From positions 25,744-89,743 of the forward strand of contig CAMTOV010000001.1 in NCBI GenBank assembly GCA_947074235.1: a stretch of 64,000 bases of DNA, read 5' to 3'. A program made the position numbers and the translations under genes. Below the pieces are notes generated by a model, which ran no database searches, was not told where the DNA came from, and saw only the letters and a list, made by a program, of their open reading frames with translations. Every line of letters starts with the position of its first letter. Position 1 is the stretch's first letter. The DNA comes from an uncultured Bacteroides sp. (GTDB taxonomy: Bacteria; Bacteroidota; Bacteroidia; Bacteroidales; Bacteroidaceae). Positions 1 through 9,219 of this stretch are shown one piece after another.

Positions 1-2
1 GG

Positions 3-1433
3 GTTATTCTTTCAGGTGGACAAGCTCCTGGTGGACACAATGTGATTTCAGGTTTATTTGATGGTATCAAATCATTAAATGCAGATAGCAAACTATATGG
101 CTTCATCCTTGGCCCTGGTGGTTTGGTAGATCATAACTATATGGAATTAACAGGCGAAATCATTGATGAGTATCGCAATACTGGCGGTTTCGATATTATT
201 GGTTCTGGTCGTACTAAATTAGAATCTGCAGAGCAATTTGAAAAAGGTTATGAAATCTTGAAAGAACTTGGTATTAAAGCTCTTGTTATCATTGGTGGTG
301 ACGACTCAAATACAAATGCTTGTGTATTGGCTGAATATTATGCAGCTAAACAATATGGCGTACAAGTTATTGGATGTCCTAAAACTATCGACGGTGACTT
401 GAAAAACGAAATGATTGAAACTTCTTTCGGTTTTGATACAGCTTGTAAAGTTTACTCAGAAGTAATTGGTAATATCCAACGCGACTGTAACTCTGCTCGT
501 AAGTACTGGCACTTTATCAAATTGATGGGACGTTCAGCTTCTCACATTGCTCTTGAATGTGCTTTGCAAGTTCAACCAAACGTTTGTATTATCTCTGAAG
601 AGGTAGAAGAAAAAGATATGTCATTGGATGATGTAGTAACCTATATCGCACATATCGTGGCAAATCGTGCTGCTGAAGGCAACAACTTCGGTACAGTATT
701 GATTCCAGAAGGTTTGGTTGAGTTTATCCCAGCAATGAAACGTTTAATTTCTGAATTGAACGATTTCTTAGCTGAGAATGCTGAAGAGTTCTCTCACATT
801 AAGAAATCTCATCAACGCGAATATATCATTAGCAAGCTTTCTCCTATTAATTCTTCTGTATACGCTAGTCTTCCTGAAAGTGTAGCACGTCAGTTAACAT
901 TAGACCGTGACCCTCATGGCAACGTACAAGTTTCTTTGATTGAAACAGAAAAATTGTTGTCGGAAATGGTTGCAACTAAGTTGGCTACATGGAAAACTGA
1001 AGGCAAATTTGTAGGTAAGTTTGCAGCTCAACACCACTTCTTTGGATATGAAGGACGTTGTGCAGCTCCATCAAATTATGATGCAGATTATTGTTACTCA
1101 TTAGGTTTTACAGCATCTATGTTGATTGCCGATGGTAAAACAGGCTATATGTCATCTGTCCGCAACACAACTGCTCCTGCCGAAAAATGGATTGCAGGTG
1201 GTGTGCCTATCACTATGATGATGAACATGGAACGCCGTCACGGTGAAATGAAACCTGTTATTCAAAAAGCTCTTGTTAAGCTAGATGGTGCTCCATTCAA
1301 AACATTTGCTTCAAAACGCGATCAATGGGCTTTGATTACAGATTATGTTTACCCTGGTCCAATCCAATACTTTGGTCCTACTGAAGTTTGCGATCAGCCA
1401 ACTAAAACGTTGAAGCTAGAGCAAGGTAAGTAA
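3..1433 (+). CDS. pfp: Pyrophosphate-dependent phosphofructokinase (5' truncated by window edge)
   Basis: The frame is open from position 3 ([15 protein letters not shown]). It carries the [22 protein letters not shown] and HHFFGYEGR motifs of PPi-PFK. Confidence 0.95.
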   Translation, partial: VILSGGQAPGGHNVISGLFDGIKSLNADSKLYGFILGPGGLVDHNYMELTGEIIDEYRNTGGFDIIGSGRTKLESAEQFEKGYEILKELGIKALVIIGGDDSNTNACVLAEYYAAKQYGVQVIGCPKTIDGDLKNEMIETSFGFDTACKVYSEVIGNIQRDCNSARKYWHFIKLMGRSASHIALECALQVQPNVCIISEEVEEKDMSLDDVVTYIAHIVANRAAEGNNFGTVLIPEGLVEFIPAMKRLISELNDFLAENAEEFSHIKKSHQREYIISKLSPINSSVYASLPESVARQLTLDRDPHGNVQVSLIETEKLLSEMVATKLATWKTEGKFVGKFAAQHHFFGYEGRCAAPSNYDADYCYSLGFTASMLIADGKTGYMSSVRNTTAPAEKWIAGGVPITMMMNMERRHGEMKPVIQKALVKLDGAPFKTFASKRDQWALITDYVYPGPIQYFGPTEVCDQPTKTLKLEQGK

Positions 1434-1448
1434 TCAAAATAGCATAAT

Positions 1449-1503
1449 AACGGTAAATGATATTCAGCTAAACAGTCTAGATATCATTTACCGTTTTCTT
1501 TTT
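1449..1503 (+). terminator. Intrinsic terminator after pfp
   Basis: Inverted repeat AACGGTAAATGATAT / ATATCATTTACCGTT followed by a T-rich tract. Confidence 0.75.
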
Positions 1504-1509
1504 ATTTGT

Positions 1510-2361
1510 ATGGTAACACATAAGAAAGCTCCTCGTAAAAAAGTAGCTCAGAAAACAAAAAAAACATCAAAGTCATTGCGTGGCAAAACCTCTAGTCGTG
1601 TTATGCCTATATGGCTACGTGCAGTGATTGCTTCTTTGATGAGTGTTGCTATTTTTTGTGCTTTTTACTTTTGGTTTATTAAGCCTTATTCTTATCGCTG
1701 GAAACCCTGTTACGGACTAAAAGTATATGGTGTATGTGTGCCTTGCTGTTATGATGTTCATGGCATTGATATATCACATTACCAAGGCGATATAGACTGG
1801 AGTAAAGTAAATGAAACCCGCGATACCAAGTTCCCAATTGAATTTGTGTTTATGAAAGCCACTGAAGGAGGCACCCATTTAGATACAACCTTTCAGCGAA
1901 ATTTCGAAACAGCCGGTCGTTATGGGCTTATAAGAGGTGTGTATCACTTTTTTTCTCCAACAACAGATCCTATCAAACAAGCTGATTTTTTTATAAAGAC
2001 TGTGAAACTTTCAGCAGGCGATTTGCCTCCGGTTTTAGATGTTGAAGTAATAGGAAGGGCTTCTACCGACGAACTAAAAAAGAACGTGAAGATATGGTTG
2101 GATAGAGTTGAGAATCATTATGGTGTAAAGCCCATTCTTTACACCTCGTATAAGTTTAAGAATAAATATTTGTCAGACACTCATTTTGATATTTACCCTT
2201 ATTGGATAGCCCATTATTATGTTGAGGCTGTAAAATATCAAGGCAATTGGCATTTTTGGCAACACACCGATGTGGGCACAGTGCCAGGCATACAACACGA
2301 TGTTGACTTAAACGTTTTTAATGGCACCTTCGAAGAGTTGAAGGAGCTTACTATAAAGTAA
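1510..2361 (+). CDS. Glycoside hydrolase family 25 (lysozyme/muramidase), membrane anchored
   Basis: Basic N-terminus and a TM helix. Motifs GIDISHYQG, FMKATEG, PPVLDVE and a C-terminal VDLN. Confidence 0.92.
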   Translation: MVTHKKAPRKKVAQKTKKTSKSLRGKTSSRVMPIWLRAVIASLMSVAIFCAFYFWFIKPYSYRWKPCYGLKVYGVCVPCCYDVHGIDISHYQGDIDWSKVNETRDTKFPIEFVFMKATEGGTHLDTTFQRNFETAGRYGLIRGVYHFFSPTTDPIKQADFFIKTVKLSAGDLPPVLDVEVIGRASTDELKKNVKIWLDRVENHYGVKPILYTSYKFKNKYLSDTHFDIYPYWIAHYYVEAVKYQGNWHFWQHTDVGTVPGIQHDVDLNVFNGTFEELKELTIK

Positions 2362-3193
2362 ATTTTACTGCTGCCCAGCGATTTTTTTCGTTATAATGTT
2401 CAAAATGCAGGCCATTGCGAGCAGCTTCCTCTTTAATCATAGGAATGTCATCTACATAAAAACCACTCATATATAGTGTAGAACCTTTATGCATACATTC
2501 TACATAATATTTCATGTCATTCAACAGAATATTGCGATTAATGTTGGCAATAACAATATCAAATTTCCCTTCGCTCTTTAAAGCAGATGCATCTCCCTGT
2601 TTTACAGTGATATTATCCACATGATTCAATTCTATGTTTTCGAATGAATTACGCACACACCATTCATCAATATCGATGGCCGTGCATGGTTGTGCACCAC
2701 GCATGCGTGCAAGAATTGCTAAGATAGAGGTTCCACATCCCATATCAAGAAGCGATTTGCCGGTTAAATCATCATTTAGCAACTCCTCTACAATAAGGCT
2801 TGTTGTCTCGTGATGTCCTGTGCCAAAAGCCATTTGTGGATTTATAACAATGTCATACTCTAATTGAGGAATGTCTTGATGAAATGAGCTGTGTATCACG
2901 CAACGCTCACCAATTATAATTGGTTGAAAGTAATTCTTTTCCCATTCTTCGTTCCAGTTTTTATCTTCTGCTTCGGCATATTGATAAGTGATATTGGTAT
3001 CGGGTAATGGAAAATCATTAATTACCTCATCAATAGCTTCAATCTGACAAAACTCTTGTTGGATATAAGCTTTTAACTCCTCATCCGACGATACAAAACT
3101 TTCAAACCCAACATCTCCTAAAACAGATGCAAGAACATCATATACTGTTTCGTTGCTTGGTTGCGATTTAAAAATGAACTCAAAATACTTCAT
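2351..3193 (-). CDS. prmA: Ribosomal protein L11 methyltransferase
   Basis: Motifs PQMAFGTGHHETT, LDMGCGTSILA and ANINRN. Start placed at MKYFEF (3193) because a TATCTTTG promoter box lies at 3212-3219 on the minus strand. Confidence 0.93.
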   Translation of the reverse strand: MKYFEFIFKSQPSNETVYDVLASVLGDVGFESFVSSDEELKAYIQQEFCQIEAIDEVINDFPLPDTNITYQYAEAEDKNWNEEWEKNYFQPIIIGERCVIHSSFHQDIPQLEYDIVINPQMAFGTGHHETTSLIVEELLNDDLTGKSLLDMGCGTSILAILARMRGAQPCTAIDIDEWCVRNSFENIELNHVDNITVKQGDASALKSEGKFDIVIANINRNILLNDMKYYVECMHKGSTLYMSGFYVDDIPMIKEEAARNGLHFEHYNEKNRWAAVKFTL

Positions 3194-3211
3194 GGTTGTT
3201 ATTTTTTGCGA

Positions 3212-3292
3212 CAAAGATAGATAAAATAGGGAAATCCCTATGATTGTTTGGGGAAAATCTCCTTGATGGGGTATTTCACTCACTTATATTTG
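3212..3292. promoter_or_regulatory. Divergent Bacteroidetes sigma-A -7 boxes (TAnnTTTG)
   Basis: TATCTTTG on the minus strand (3212-3219) for prmA. TATATTTG on the plus strand (3285-3292) for the 3337 gene. Confidence 0.7.
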
Positions 3293-3336
3293 TAACATAA
3301 ATAATTATCTAGAGTTTAAACAAATACCATAAAGAT

Positions 3337-4743
3337 ATGAAAAAGATTGCTCTTCTATTAATTGTAGCGTTAAGCATTCCGATAGGAATGATGGCTCAAG
3401 ATGATCTATACTTCGTACCTTCAAAAAACAAGAAAGAAGTAACTACTACTCGTGTGCAGGCAGCGCCTTCCACAACTACCAACACCAATGTATACACTAC
3501 ACCTGGTAGCACAGTTGTGATACAAGAACGCAATGGCAATATGCGCGATGTAGATGAGTATAACAGACGATATACTTCTCGCGATAACGAGTTTTCATAT
3601 AATAATGATACACTTTATATCACCGAAAGACAACAACCCGCTCTTCAAGGAGAATGGGTGAATGGTGGTTTTGATGGAAGTCAAGACGATTATGAATATG
3701 CAGAACGTATTATACGCTTTCGCAATCCTCGTTATGCTATAAGTATAGGAAGTCCTCTGTATTATGATGTAGTCTATGGTCTTAACTCATGGAACTGGAA
3801 TGTTTATGATGATGGACTTTATGCCTATGCTTTCCCTACATTTAGCAACCCACTTTGGTGGAATTGGCGCTATAACTCTTTTGGCTGGGGATGGAACTCT
3901 GGTTGGGGTTGGGGATCTAGCTGGGGCCCATCTTGGGGATGGGGACCATCATGGGGCGGCCCAGGATGGAACAGACCAGGCTGGAATAGACCAGGTTGGG
4001 GACCATCATGGGGCGGACCGGGTTGGAATAGACCAGGATGGGGACCATCATGGGGCGGCCCAGGATGGAACAGACCAGGCTGGGGTAATAATACCTATTA
4101 CAATAATAGACGTTCTTCTGGAAGTTCAAATATTGGTTCAAGTCGTCCATCTTCAGGTTCAAATGGCAACCGTGTCTCTTCGGGCACAAATGGCAACCGA
4201 GTATCTGCAGGAAGTTCAACGCGCCCAGGCTCTACAAGCACTGCCACTCGTGGCGAAGGCACAAGCTCATCTCGTAGAGTTGTAGGTACACGTGTTTCAT
4301 CTTCGGATAGACAAAACCAAACTTCAACTCGTCCGGGTTCATCTTCTACTTCAACACGTCAAGAAGGTACAACTTCTACAAGACCATCTTCTTCTACTTA
4401 TACGCGTCCAAGTAGTACAAGAAACTCAGAATCTGGTTCAGTAAGCCGCCCATCAAGCTCATCAAGTAGCAATAGTGGTACTTACAATCGTGGTAGCTCA
4501 TCGTCTAATCGTAGTAGCTCATCATCCAATCGTAGCAGTTCGTCTTCATCATCAAACAGTCGTTCTTACGATAGCTCCTCTTCTCGTAGTTCTTCTTCAT
4601 CTTCTTCGTCAAGAAGTTATTCTTCAGGAAGCAGCAGCAGTTCACGTTCATCAGGAAGTAGTTATTCAAGTGGTGGCAGTTCATCTCGCAGTAGTGGTGG
4701 CGGCAGCTCATCTCGCAGCAGTGGTGGTAGCAGCCGACGATAA
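3337..4743 (+). CDS. Secreted protein with W/G/P repeats and a long Ser-rich disordered tail
   Basis: Sec signal peptide (…GMMA|QDDLY), an aromatic-rich middle, GPSWGGPGWNRPGW repeats and a Ser/Gly/Arg C-terminus. Lies directly upstream of a FadL-like gene. Confidence 0.85.
   Translation: MKKIALLLIVALSIPIGMMAQDDLYFVPSKNKKEVTTTRVQAAPSTTTNTNVYTTPGSTVVIQERNGNMRDVDEYNRRYTSRDNEFSYNNDTLYITERQQPALQGEWVNGGFDGSQDDYEYAERIIRFRNPRYAISIGSPLYYDVVYGLNSWNWNVYDDGLYAYAFPTFSNPLWWNWRYNSFGWGWNSGWGWGSSWGPSWGWGPSWGGPGWNRPGWNRPGWGPSWGGPGWNRPGWGPSWGGPGWNRPGWGNNTYYNNRRSSGSSNIGSSRPSSGSNGNRVSSGTNGNRVSAGSSTRPGSTSTATRGEGTSSSRRVVGTRVSSSDRQNQTSTRPGSSSTSTRQEGTTSTRPSSSTYTRPSSTRNSESGSVSRPSSSSSSNSGTYNRGSSSSNRSSSSSNRSSSSSSSNSRSYDSSSSRSSSSSSSSRSYSSGSSSSSRSSGSSYSSGGSSSRSSGGGSSSRSSGGSSRR
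3940..4086 (+). repeat. Coding tandem repeat (3 units of about 42-57 bp)
   Basis: TGGGGACCATCATGGGGCGG begins at 3940, 3997 and 4039. The 45 nt at 3940-3984 are identical to 4039-4083. Confidence 0.9.
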
Positions 4744-4776
4744 ACTAGATATAAACCTTTTAAAAGAAATTACATT

Positions 4777-6387
4777 ATGAAAAAAATAAAAATAGCACTT
4801 CTCTCAGCCTGTGTTTTATTGGCTGGTGGTGCAGTATCAGCACAAGGCACTATATATGATGCTACTCGATTATTAGGAAGCGATTTGAACGGAACTGCCC
4901 GCTATGTAGGTATGGGTGGTGCAATGGGAGCCCTAGGAGCAGATATTACAACAATGAGCACTAACCCTGCCGGTACTGGATTGTATCGTAGTAGTGATGC
5001 GATGGTGTCATTTGGTTTTGGCAATAGCAATGTAAAAAGTCAATATGGCAACTCAATAAATCAACTAGACCATTTTTATGGCTCTTTTGATAATGCAGGT
5101 ATTTTATATGCTTATAAAGTAGGAAATCATACACCTCTTCGTTTTGTGAACTTTGGTTTCAATTATCGTCGCACCAAGAATTTTGATCGTAATGTGTTGA
5201 TGAATGGTACTTATTTTGCTTCACAAACTGAACAGATGGCCGATATGGCAACTAATTCGGGTGCTTCTTTAAGTCAACTAGAATCAGGTAGTGCTTATTC
5301 TAATCAATTTTTGCCTTGGCTTGGTATTATGGGTTATGACTCATATTTAATTGATCCTGTTTATAATGCCGATGGTAAACTTACCGGTTATTCTCCTTTC
5401 TTTCAATTAGGTGATGAAGTAGATGGAGTTTATCAAGCAACAGAAAGAGGTGGAGTAAATGAGTTTGACTTTAATCTATCTTTCAATGTTAACGACCGTT
5501 TTTATGTTGGGGCTACACTAGGCGCTTACTATGTAGATTATACTCGTAGAAGTACTTATGAAGAAGGTTTCTTCTATCAAGATGCAAGTAATACTTGGAA
5601 AGAACTTGGTGGTTATACATTGGATAATTACTATAACGTAACTGGTTCTGGAGTTGATTTTAAACTAGGTTTTATTCTTCGCCCATTCGAAATGTCACCA
5701 TTCAGAATTGGTGCAGCAGTTCATACTCCTACGTTCTATCGTTTAACAGAATATGGCTCGGCCAATTTAAATTATGATGTAGATGTGTATAATGCTACAA
5801 ACTCTACCTATGAAGGAATGAGTGGAACTGTATATCCACATGATAATAGTGGATACGAATGGCAAAGCGAAACTCCATATAGAGTGGTTTCACCTTGGAA
5901 ATATAACTTGAGTTTGGGATATACTGTAGGTACAGTAGCAGCTTTAGGTTTAGAGTATGAATATGCTGACTATTCAACAACAAAAATGAAATATGATGAT
6001 GGAGTAACTATGCAACAAGAAACTCAGGATGCTACAGATATGTTGAATGGAGTGCATACTATAAAGGTAGGAGCTGAATTTAAACTTACACCCGCTTTTG
6101 CAATTCGTGTAGGATATAATCATGTAACAGCTGCTATGAAAGATGATGCCTTCAAAGAGTTGCCATCTAATAGTGTGCGTACTGATACTGAATATTCTAA
6201 CTTGAAGGCTGTTAACAATTATACTTGTGGTTTGGGCTATCGTGGCAATTATTTTTATGCAGATTTAGCTTATCAACACAATGCTTATAAAGAGCACTTT
6301 TATGCTTTTGAAAATGCTTATCTAGACAAAACAAAAGTAACCAATAGAAATAATAGAGTCGTAATGACACTTGGTGTTCGATTTTAA
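4777..6387 (+). CDS. OmpP1/FadL/TodX family outer-membrane beta-barrel transporter
   Basis: Signal peptide, the GTARYVGMGGAMGALGAD…NPAG hatch motif, and a C-terminal aromatic residue (LGVRF). Confidence 0.85.
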   Translation: MKKIKIALLSACVLLAGGAVSAQGTIYDATRLLGSDLNGTARYVGMGGAMGALGADITTMSTNPAGTGLYRSSDAMVSFGFGNSNVKSQYGNSINQLDHFYGSFDNAGILYAYKVGNHTPLRFVNFGFNYRRTKNFDRNVLMNGTYFASQTEQMADMATNSGASLSQLESGSAYSNQFLPWLGIMGYDSYLIDPVYNADGKLTGYSPFFQLGDEVDGVYQATERGGVNEFDFNLSFNVNDRFYVGATLGAYYVDYTRRSTYEEGFFYQDASNTWKELGGYTLDNYYNVTGSGVDFKLGFILRPFEMSPFRIGAAVHTPTFYRLTEYGSANLNYDVDVYNATNSTYEGMSGTVYPHDNSGYEWQSETPYRVVSPWKYNLSLGYTVGTVAALGLEYEYADYSTTKMKYDDGVTMQQETQDATDMLNGVHTIKVGAEFKLTPAFAIRVGYNHVTAAMKDDAFKELPSNSVRTDTEYSNLKAVNNYTCGLGYRGNYFYADLAYQHNAYKEHFYAFENAYLDKTKVTNRNNRVVMTLGVRF

Positions 6388-6433
6388 TAAATAGAAGAAT
6401 GTTTTTTTAGTTGTATTATAACTTGTGTGTGTA

Positions 6434-6475
6434 AAAAATCCCCGGTTAGAGCTAAGCTCGAATCCGGGGATTTTT
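6434..6475. terminator. Bidirectional intrinsic terminator
   Basis: AAAAATCCCCGG / CCGGGGATTTTT between convergent genes. Confidence 0.85.
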
Positions 6476-6498
6476 CAGTTTCTTATTTGATACTCAAG

Positions 6499-6966
6499 TT
6501 AATATTCAATCTTATCCATCTTTGCAGTCCACGCTTCAAAGGCTTTCAAAGCTTCTTGATGAAGTAATATTTCTGATGGTAGCTTTCTATCTTGAGGTTT
6601 ATGTTCAATTTCATCATAGATAAACGAATCATCAAACCCAATATCCTTTGCATCCGATTTATTGTTTCCATAATACATTCTATCTAAGCGTGCCCAATAG
6701 ATAGCACCAAGGCACATGGGGCATGGTTCGCACGAGGTATATATTTCATAACCACTCAAATTGAATGTACCTAATTTTGCACAAGCTGCTCTGATGGCAT
6801 TAACCTCAGCATGAGCTGTAGGATCGCTCAAAGCTGTTACCTTATTTACTCCCTCAGCAATAATTTCTCCATCTTTGGCAATGACTGCTCCAAAAGGTCC
6901 TCCACCGTTCTTTACATTCATTATTGAAAGTTCGATGGCTTTTCTCATTAATTCTTCCTTAGTCAT
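6499..6966 (-). CDS. Nucleoside/guanine deaminase (cytidine deaminase superfamily)
   Basis: GGPFGA, HAEVNAIR and TSCEPCPMC zinc motifs. The C-terminal KIEY is typical of GuaD-like enzymes. Confidence 0.88.
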   Translation of the reverse strand: MTKEELMRKAIELSIMNVKNGGGPFGAVIAKDGEIIAEGVNKVTALSDPTAHAEVNAIRAACAKLGTFNLSGYEIYTSCEPCPMCLGAIYWARLDRMYYGNNKSDAKDIGFDDSFIYDEIEHKPQDRKLPSEILLHQEALKAFEAWTAKMDKIEY

Positions 6967-7047
6967 TCTTTCTAATATTAATTTGTGGCAAAGATAATTT
7001 TATTTATAAATATCGATTTCAAAATTCACGAAATGTTTTTATCAAAC

Positions 7048-7094
7048 AAAAAATAAGGCAGTATGTTTTGCTTTATAACATACTGCCTTATTTT
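7048..7094 (-). terminator. Intrinsic terminator
   Basis: 18-bp arms AAAATAAGGCAGTATGTT / AACATACTGCCTTATTTT, with a U-tract on the minus strand. Confidence 0.8.
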
Positions 7095-7177
7095 ATTTAG
7101 GCACTGCGAAAAAGGAGTTTAGCCAGTGTCTTATTATACTATCAAATAACTCTAATATAGTTGAAATGATAACTGTT

Positions 7178-7241
7178 ACATTTTATCTTGTAATCTTCAA
7201 CATTTAATAGATAGAATGTGGAGGTTTTGACAGTAAAATGT
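7178..7241. promoter_or_regulatory. 64-bp four-box palindromic array, copy A (putative protein-binding site)
   Basis: ACATTTTA-N14-ACATTTAA-N4-TAGAATGT-N14-TAAAATGT, with the same geometry as 49103-49166. Confidence 0.55.
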
Positions 7242-7266
7242 GTTAGTTGTTGGCTAATATTCAAAG

Positions 7267-8253
7267 TTACATTTTTCCTAGAATTTTATCCATTACCCAG
7301 TTAGTAAGGGTAGCACTCTCGCCATCGCATGTGCATATTTCTTTCCCCAATAAATGATTTACTACAGCTTGGATAAGTGGTTGCTGTATATGTTCAGGAT
7401 TATCTATTATGATTTCTTCACGACCTTTTTCGGTGTGCAAAGCTATGGGCTCGTAGGTAAATACCGAAAAGCAAATCTGACCTTTATCTCCAATAATCTC
7501 AATTCGGTCTTCTTTGGCAGAATCGTGAGCTACAAAGCACCACGAGCCGCTCCCCACCAATCCGTTATCAAACTGAAAGCAAGCGCTCAGTGTGTCTTCA
7601 GCTTGATACAATCCTCCGCGGTTGCTTTTATAACCGCTAGCCTCTAGTATACAGCCAAACATCTCTTGCAAAAGGTCTATTTGGTGCGGGGCTAAATCGT
7701 AGAAATATCCACCGCCCGATATATCGGCTTGTACACGCCAAGGCAGATTATCGTGATTGTAATCTAAATTGCGAGGAGGTTGAGCAAATCTAACTTGAAC
7801 ATTGATAACATTGCCTATAGTGCCATTATCTACAAGTTCTTTCACCTTCATGAAGTAGGGTAAATATCTACGATAGTAGGCTACGAAGCAAGGAACTCCA
7901 GTTTCTTTTGAGATGCGATTGATGCGGGTGCACTCCTCGTAAGTCTGTGCCATGGGTTTTTCTATGTATGCAGGTTTGCCTGCTTTCATTGCCATGATGG
8001 CATAAGTAGCATGTGATGAAGGTGGAGTAGCTATATATATAGCGTTAACTTCGGGGTCATTAACAAGCTCTTGAGCATCGTCATACCATTTTTTTATGCC
8101 ACGTTCTTTGGCATAAGTTTTAGCTTTTGATAAGTCTCTACTCATTACAGCCACTACTTCCGACTGCTCTACCTTTTGAAATGCTGGGCCGCTCTTAGTT
8201 TTGGTCACTTCGCCACAGCCTATGAATCCCCACTTTATAATCTTTTCACTCAT
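7267..8253 (-). CDS. Gfo/Idh/MocA family oxidoreductase
   Basis: GFIGCG Rossmann motif, IATPP, EKP and GGG…DLAPHQID. Start probably MSEK at 8253. Confidence 0.9.
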   Translation of the reverse strand: MSEKIIKWGFIGCGEVTKTKSGPAFQKVEQSEVVAVMSRDLSKAKTYAKERGIKKWYDDAQELVNDPEVNAIYIATPPSSHATYAIMAMKAGKPAYIEKPMAQTYEECTRINRISKETGVPCFVAYYRRYLPYFMKVKELVDNGTIGNVINVQVRFAQPPRNLDYNHDNLPWRVQADISGGGYFYDLAPHQIDLLQEMFGCILEASGYKSNRGGLYQAEDTLSACFQFDNGLVGSGSWCFVAHDSAKEDRIEIIGDKGQICFSVFTYEPIALHTEKGREEIIIDNPEHIQQPLIQAVVNHLLGKEICTCDGESATLTNWVMDKILGKM

Positions 8254-8370
8254 ACCTATTTTCATTTACCTTATTGTAATTACAAAATTACAATTAAAAC
8301 TATTTAAAACAACAGGTTGTTCGATTATTAATCTCAAAATGAGCCAGCTAGTGCGTAGATTATTTTATAG

Positions 8371-9201
8371 CTAATAGGGAAGGAGGTAGTATTTTTTATA
8401 TAATTCTTGATATTGCTTGCTTTTAGTGAGGTTGAGCAACCAATTGTTTAGTGTATCGAGCAATATTGGGGCATGGCTATTTACAGCCCATGAGTAATAT
8501 TGATTGAAGCTGATATCTGTATTTATGTCAATTTGCGGAAAGCTGTCAAGAGCCGCCTTCGCTATATCTTCGTTGCATACGGCATAGTCTATATTGCCAT
8601 GAGCTACCAATGCAATGAGTTGTTCTTGGCCATATTTATCAATTTCATCAATATAAATTGTGTCGCCAATTTCGTTAGACATGTTATTGATACGATCTTT
8701 CACAGGAGAACCTTTCACAACGTGGAGTGTTTTGCCTGCTAAGTCTATCTGGCTTTTTATAAAAAGAGAATCATCATCGGTTGTGGGTTTGCGCTGCACC
8801 AATACCAACTTGCTACGTATAAGTGGCTTGGAAAGAATGTATAAGCTATCATTGTTGATAGTTAAAGGAATGTTACTTGCAATAATATCAAAATCTCCAT
8901 TATATAAGCCTTTCATTCTCTCTTCATGACTCATAATGGGAAGAATCTCGACTTTTAAATTCTGATCATTGGCAAAAGCATTGATTAAATCATAATAAAA
9001 GCCCGAAACAGTATCCTGATCAGCAAAAAAACCGATGGAATTGTACTCTGTAGCTACTTTGAGTAAACCACTTTCTTGGATTTCTTGAAAGTCGCGATAA
9101 TGTACTTCGTCTTTCTTTTTTGAAGGAATGAGTAAAAAAACGATAAAGCAAACTAAAGCGATGCCTATATATTTGATATAAAATGCTTTTGATTTTGCCA
9201 T
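8371..9201 (-). CDS. Membrane-anchored family-3 substrate-binding domain protein (MltF N-domain-like, no SLT domain)
   Basis: N-terminal TM helix, then the SBP_bac_3 pattern: IQESGLLKVAT, GFYYDL, GDFDIIA, WAV…LLDTLNNW. Confidence 0.8.
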   Translation of the reverse strand: MAKSKAFYIKYIGIALVCFIVFLLIPSKKKDEVHYRDFQEIQESGLLKVATEYNSIGFFADQDTVSGFYYDLINAFANDQNLKVEILPIMSHEERMKGLYNGDFDIIASNIPLTINNDSLYILSKPLIRSKLVLVQRKPTTDDDSLFIKSQIDLAGKTLHVVKGSPVKDRINNMSNEIGDTIYIDEIDKYGQEQLIALVAHGNIDYAVCNEDIAKAALDSFPQIDINTDISFNQYYSWAVNSHAPILLDTLNNWLLNLTKSKQYQELYKKYYLLPY

Positions 9202-9219
9202 AATATGGTTGCTTAAGTA

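Noticed and set aside
3194-3283. N-terminal extensions in the ORF track (prmA; likewise galM, tkt, ruvX)
   Set aside because: For prmA and ruvX a -7 box lies inside or overlaps the extension. For galM and tkt the extension begins at a non-ATG codon. In all four a downstream ATG fits better.
3940-4086. Regularly spaced repeats resembling a mini CRISPR array
   Set aside because: The intervening sequences are themselves repeats, the units are in-frame multiples of 3 within a CDS, and there are no cas genes.
3776-4285. Alternative-frame 169-aa ORF with DHHGAAQDG repeats (and other shadow ORFs at 3917-4780)
   Set aside because: By-product of the low-complexity repeat in the 3337-4743 gene, with no independent start signals.
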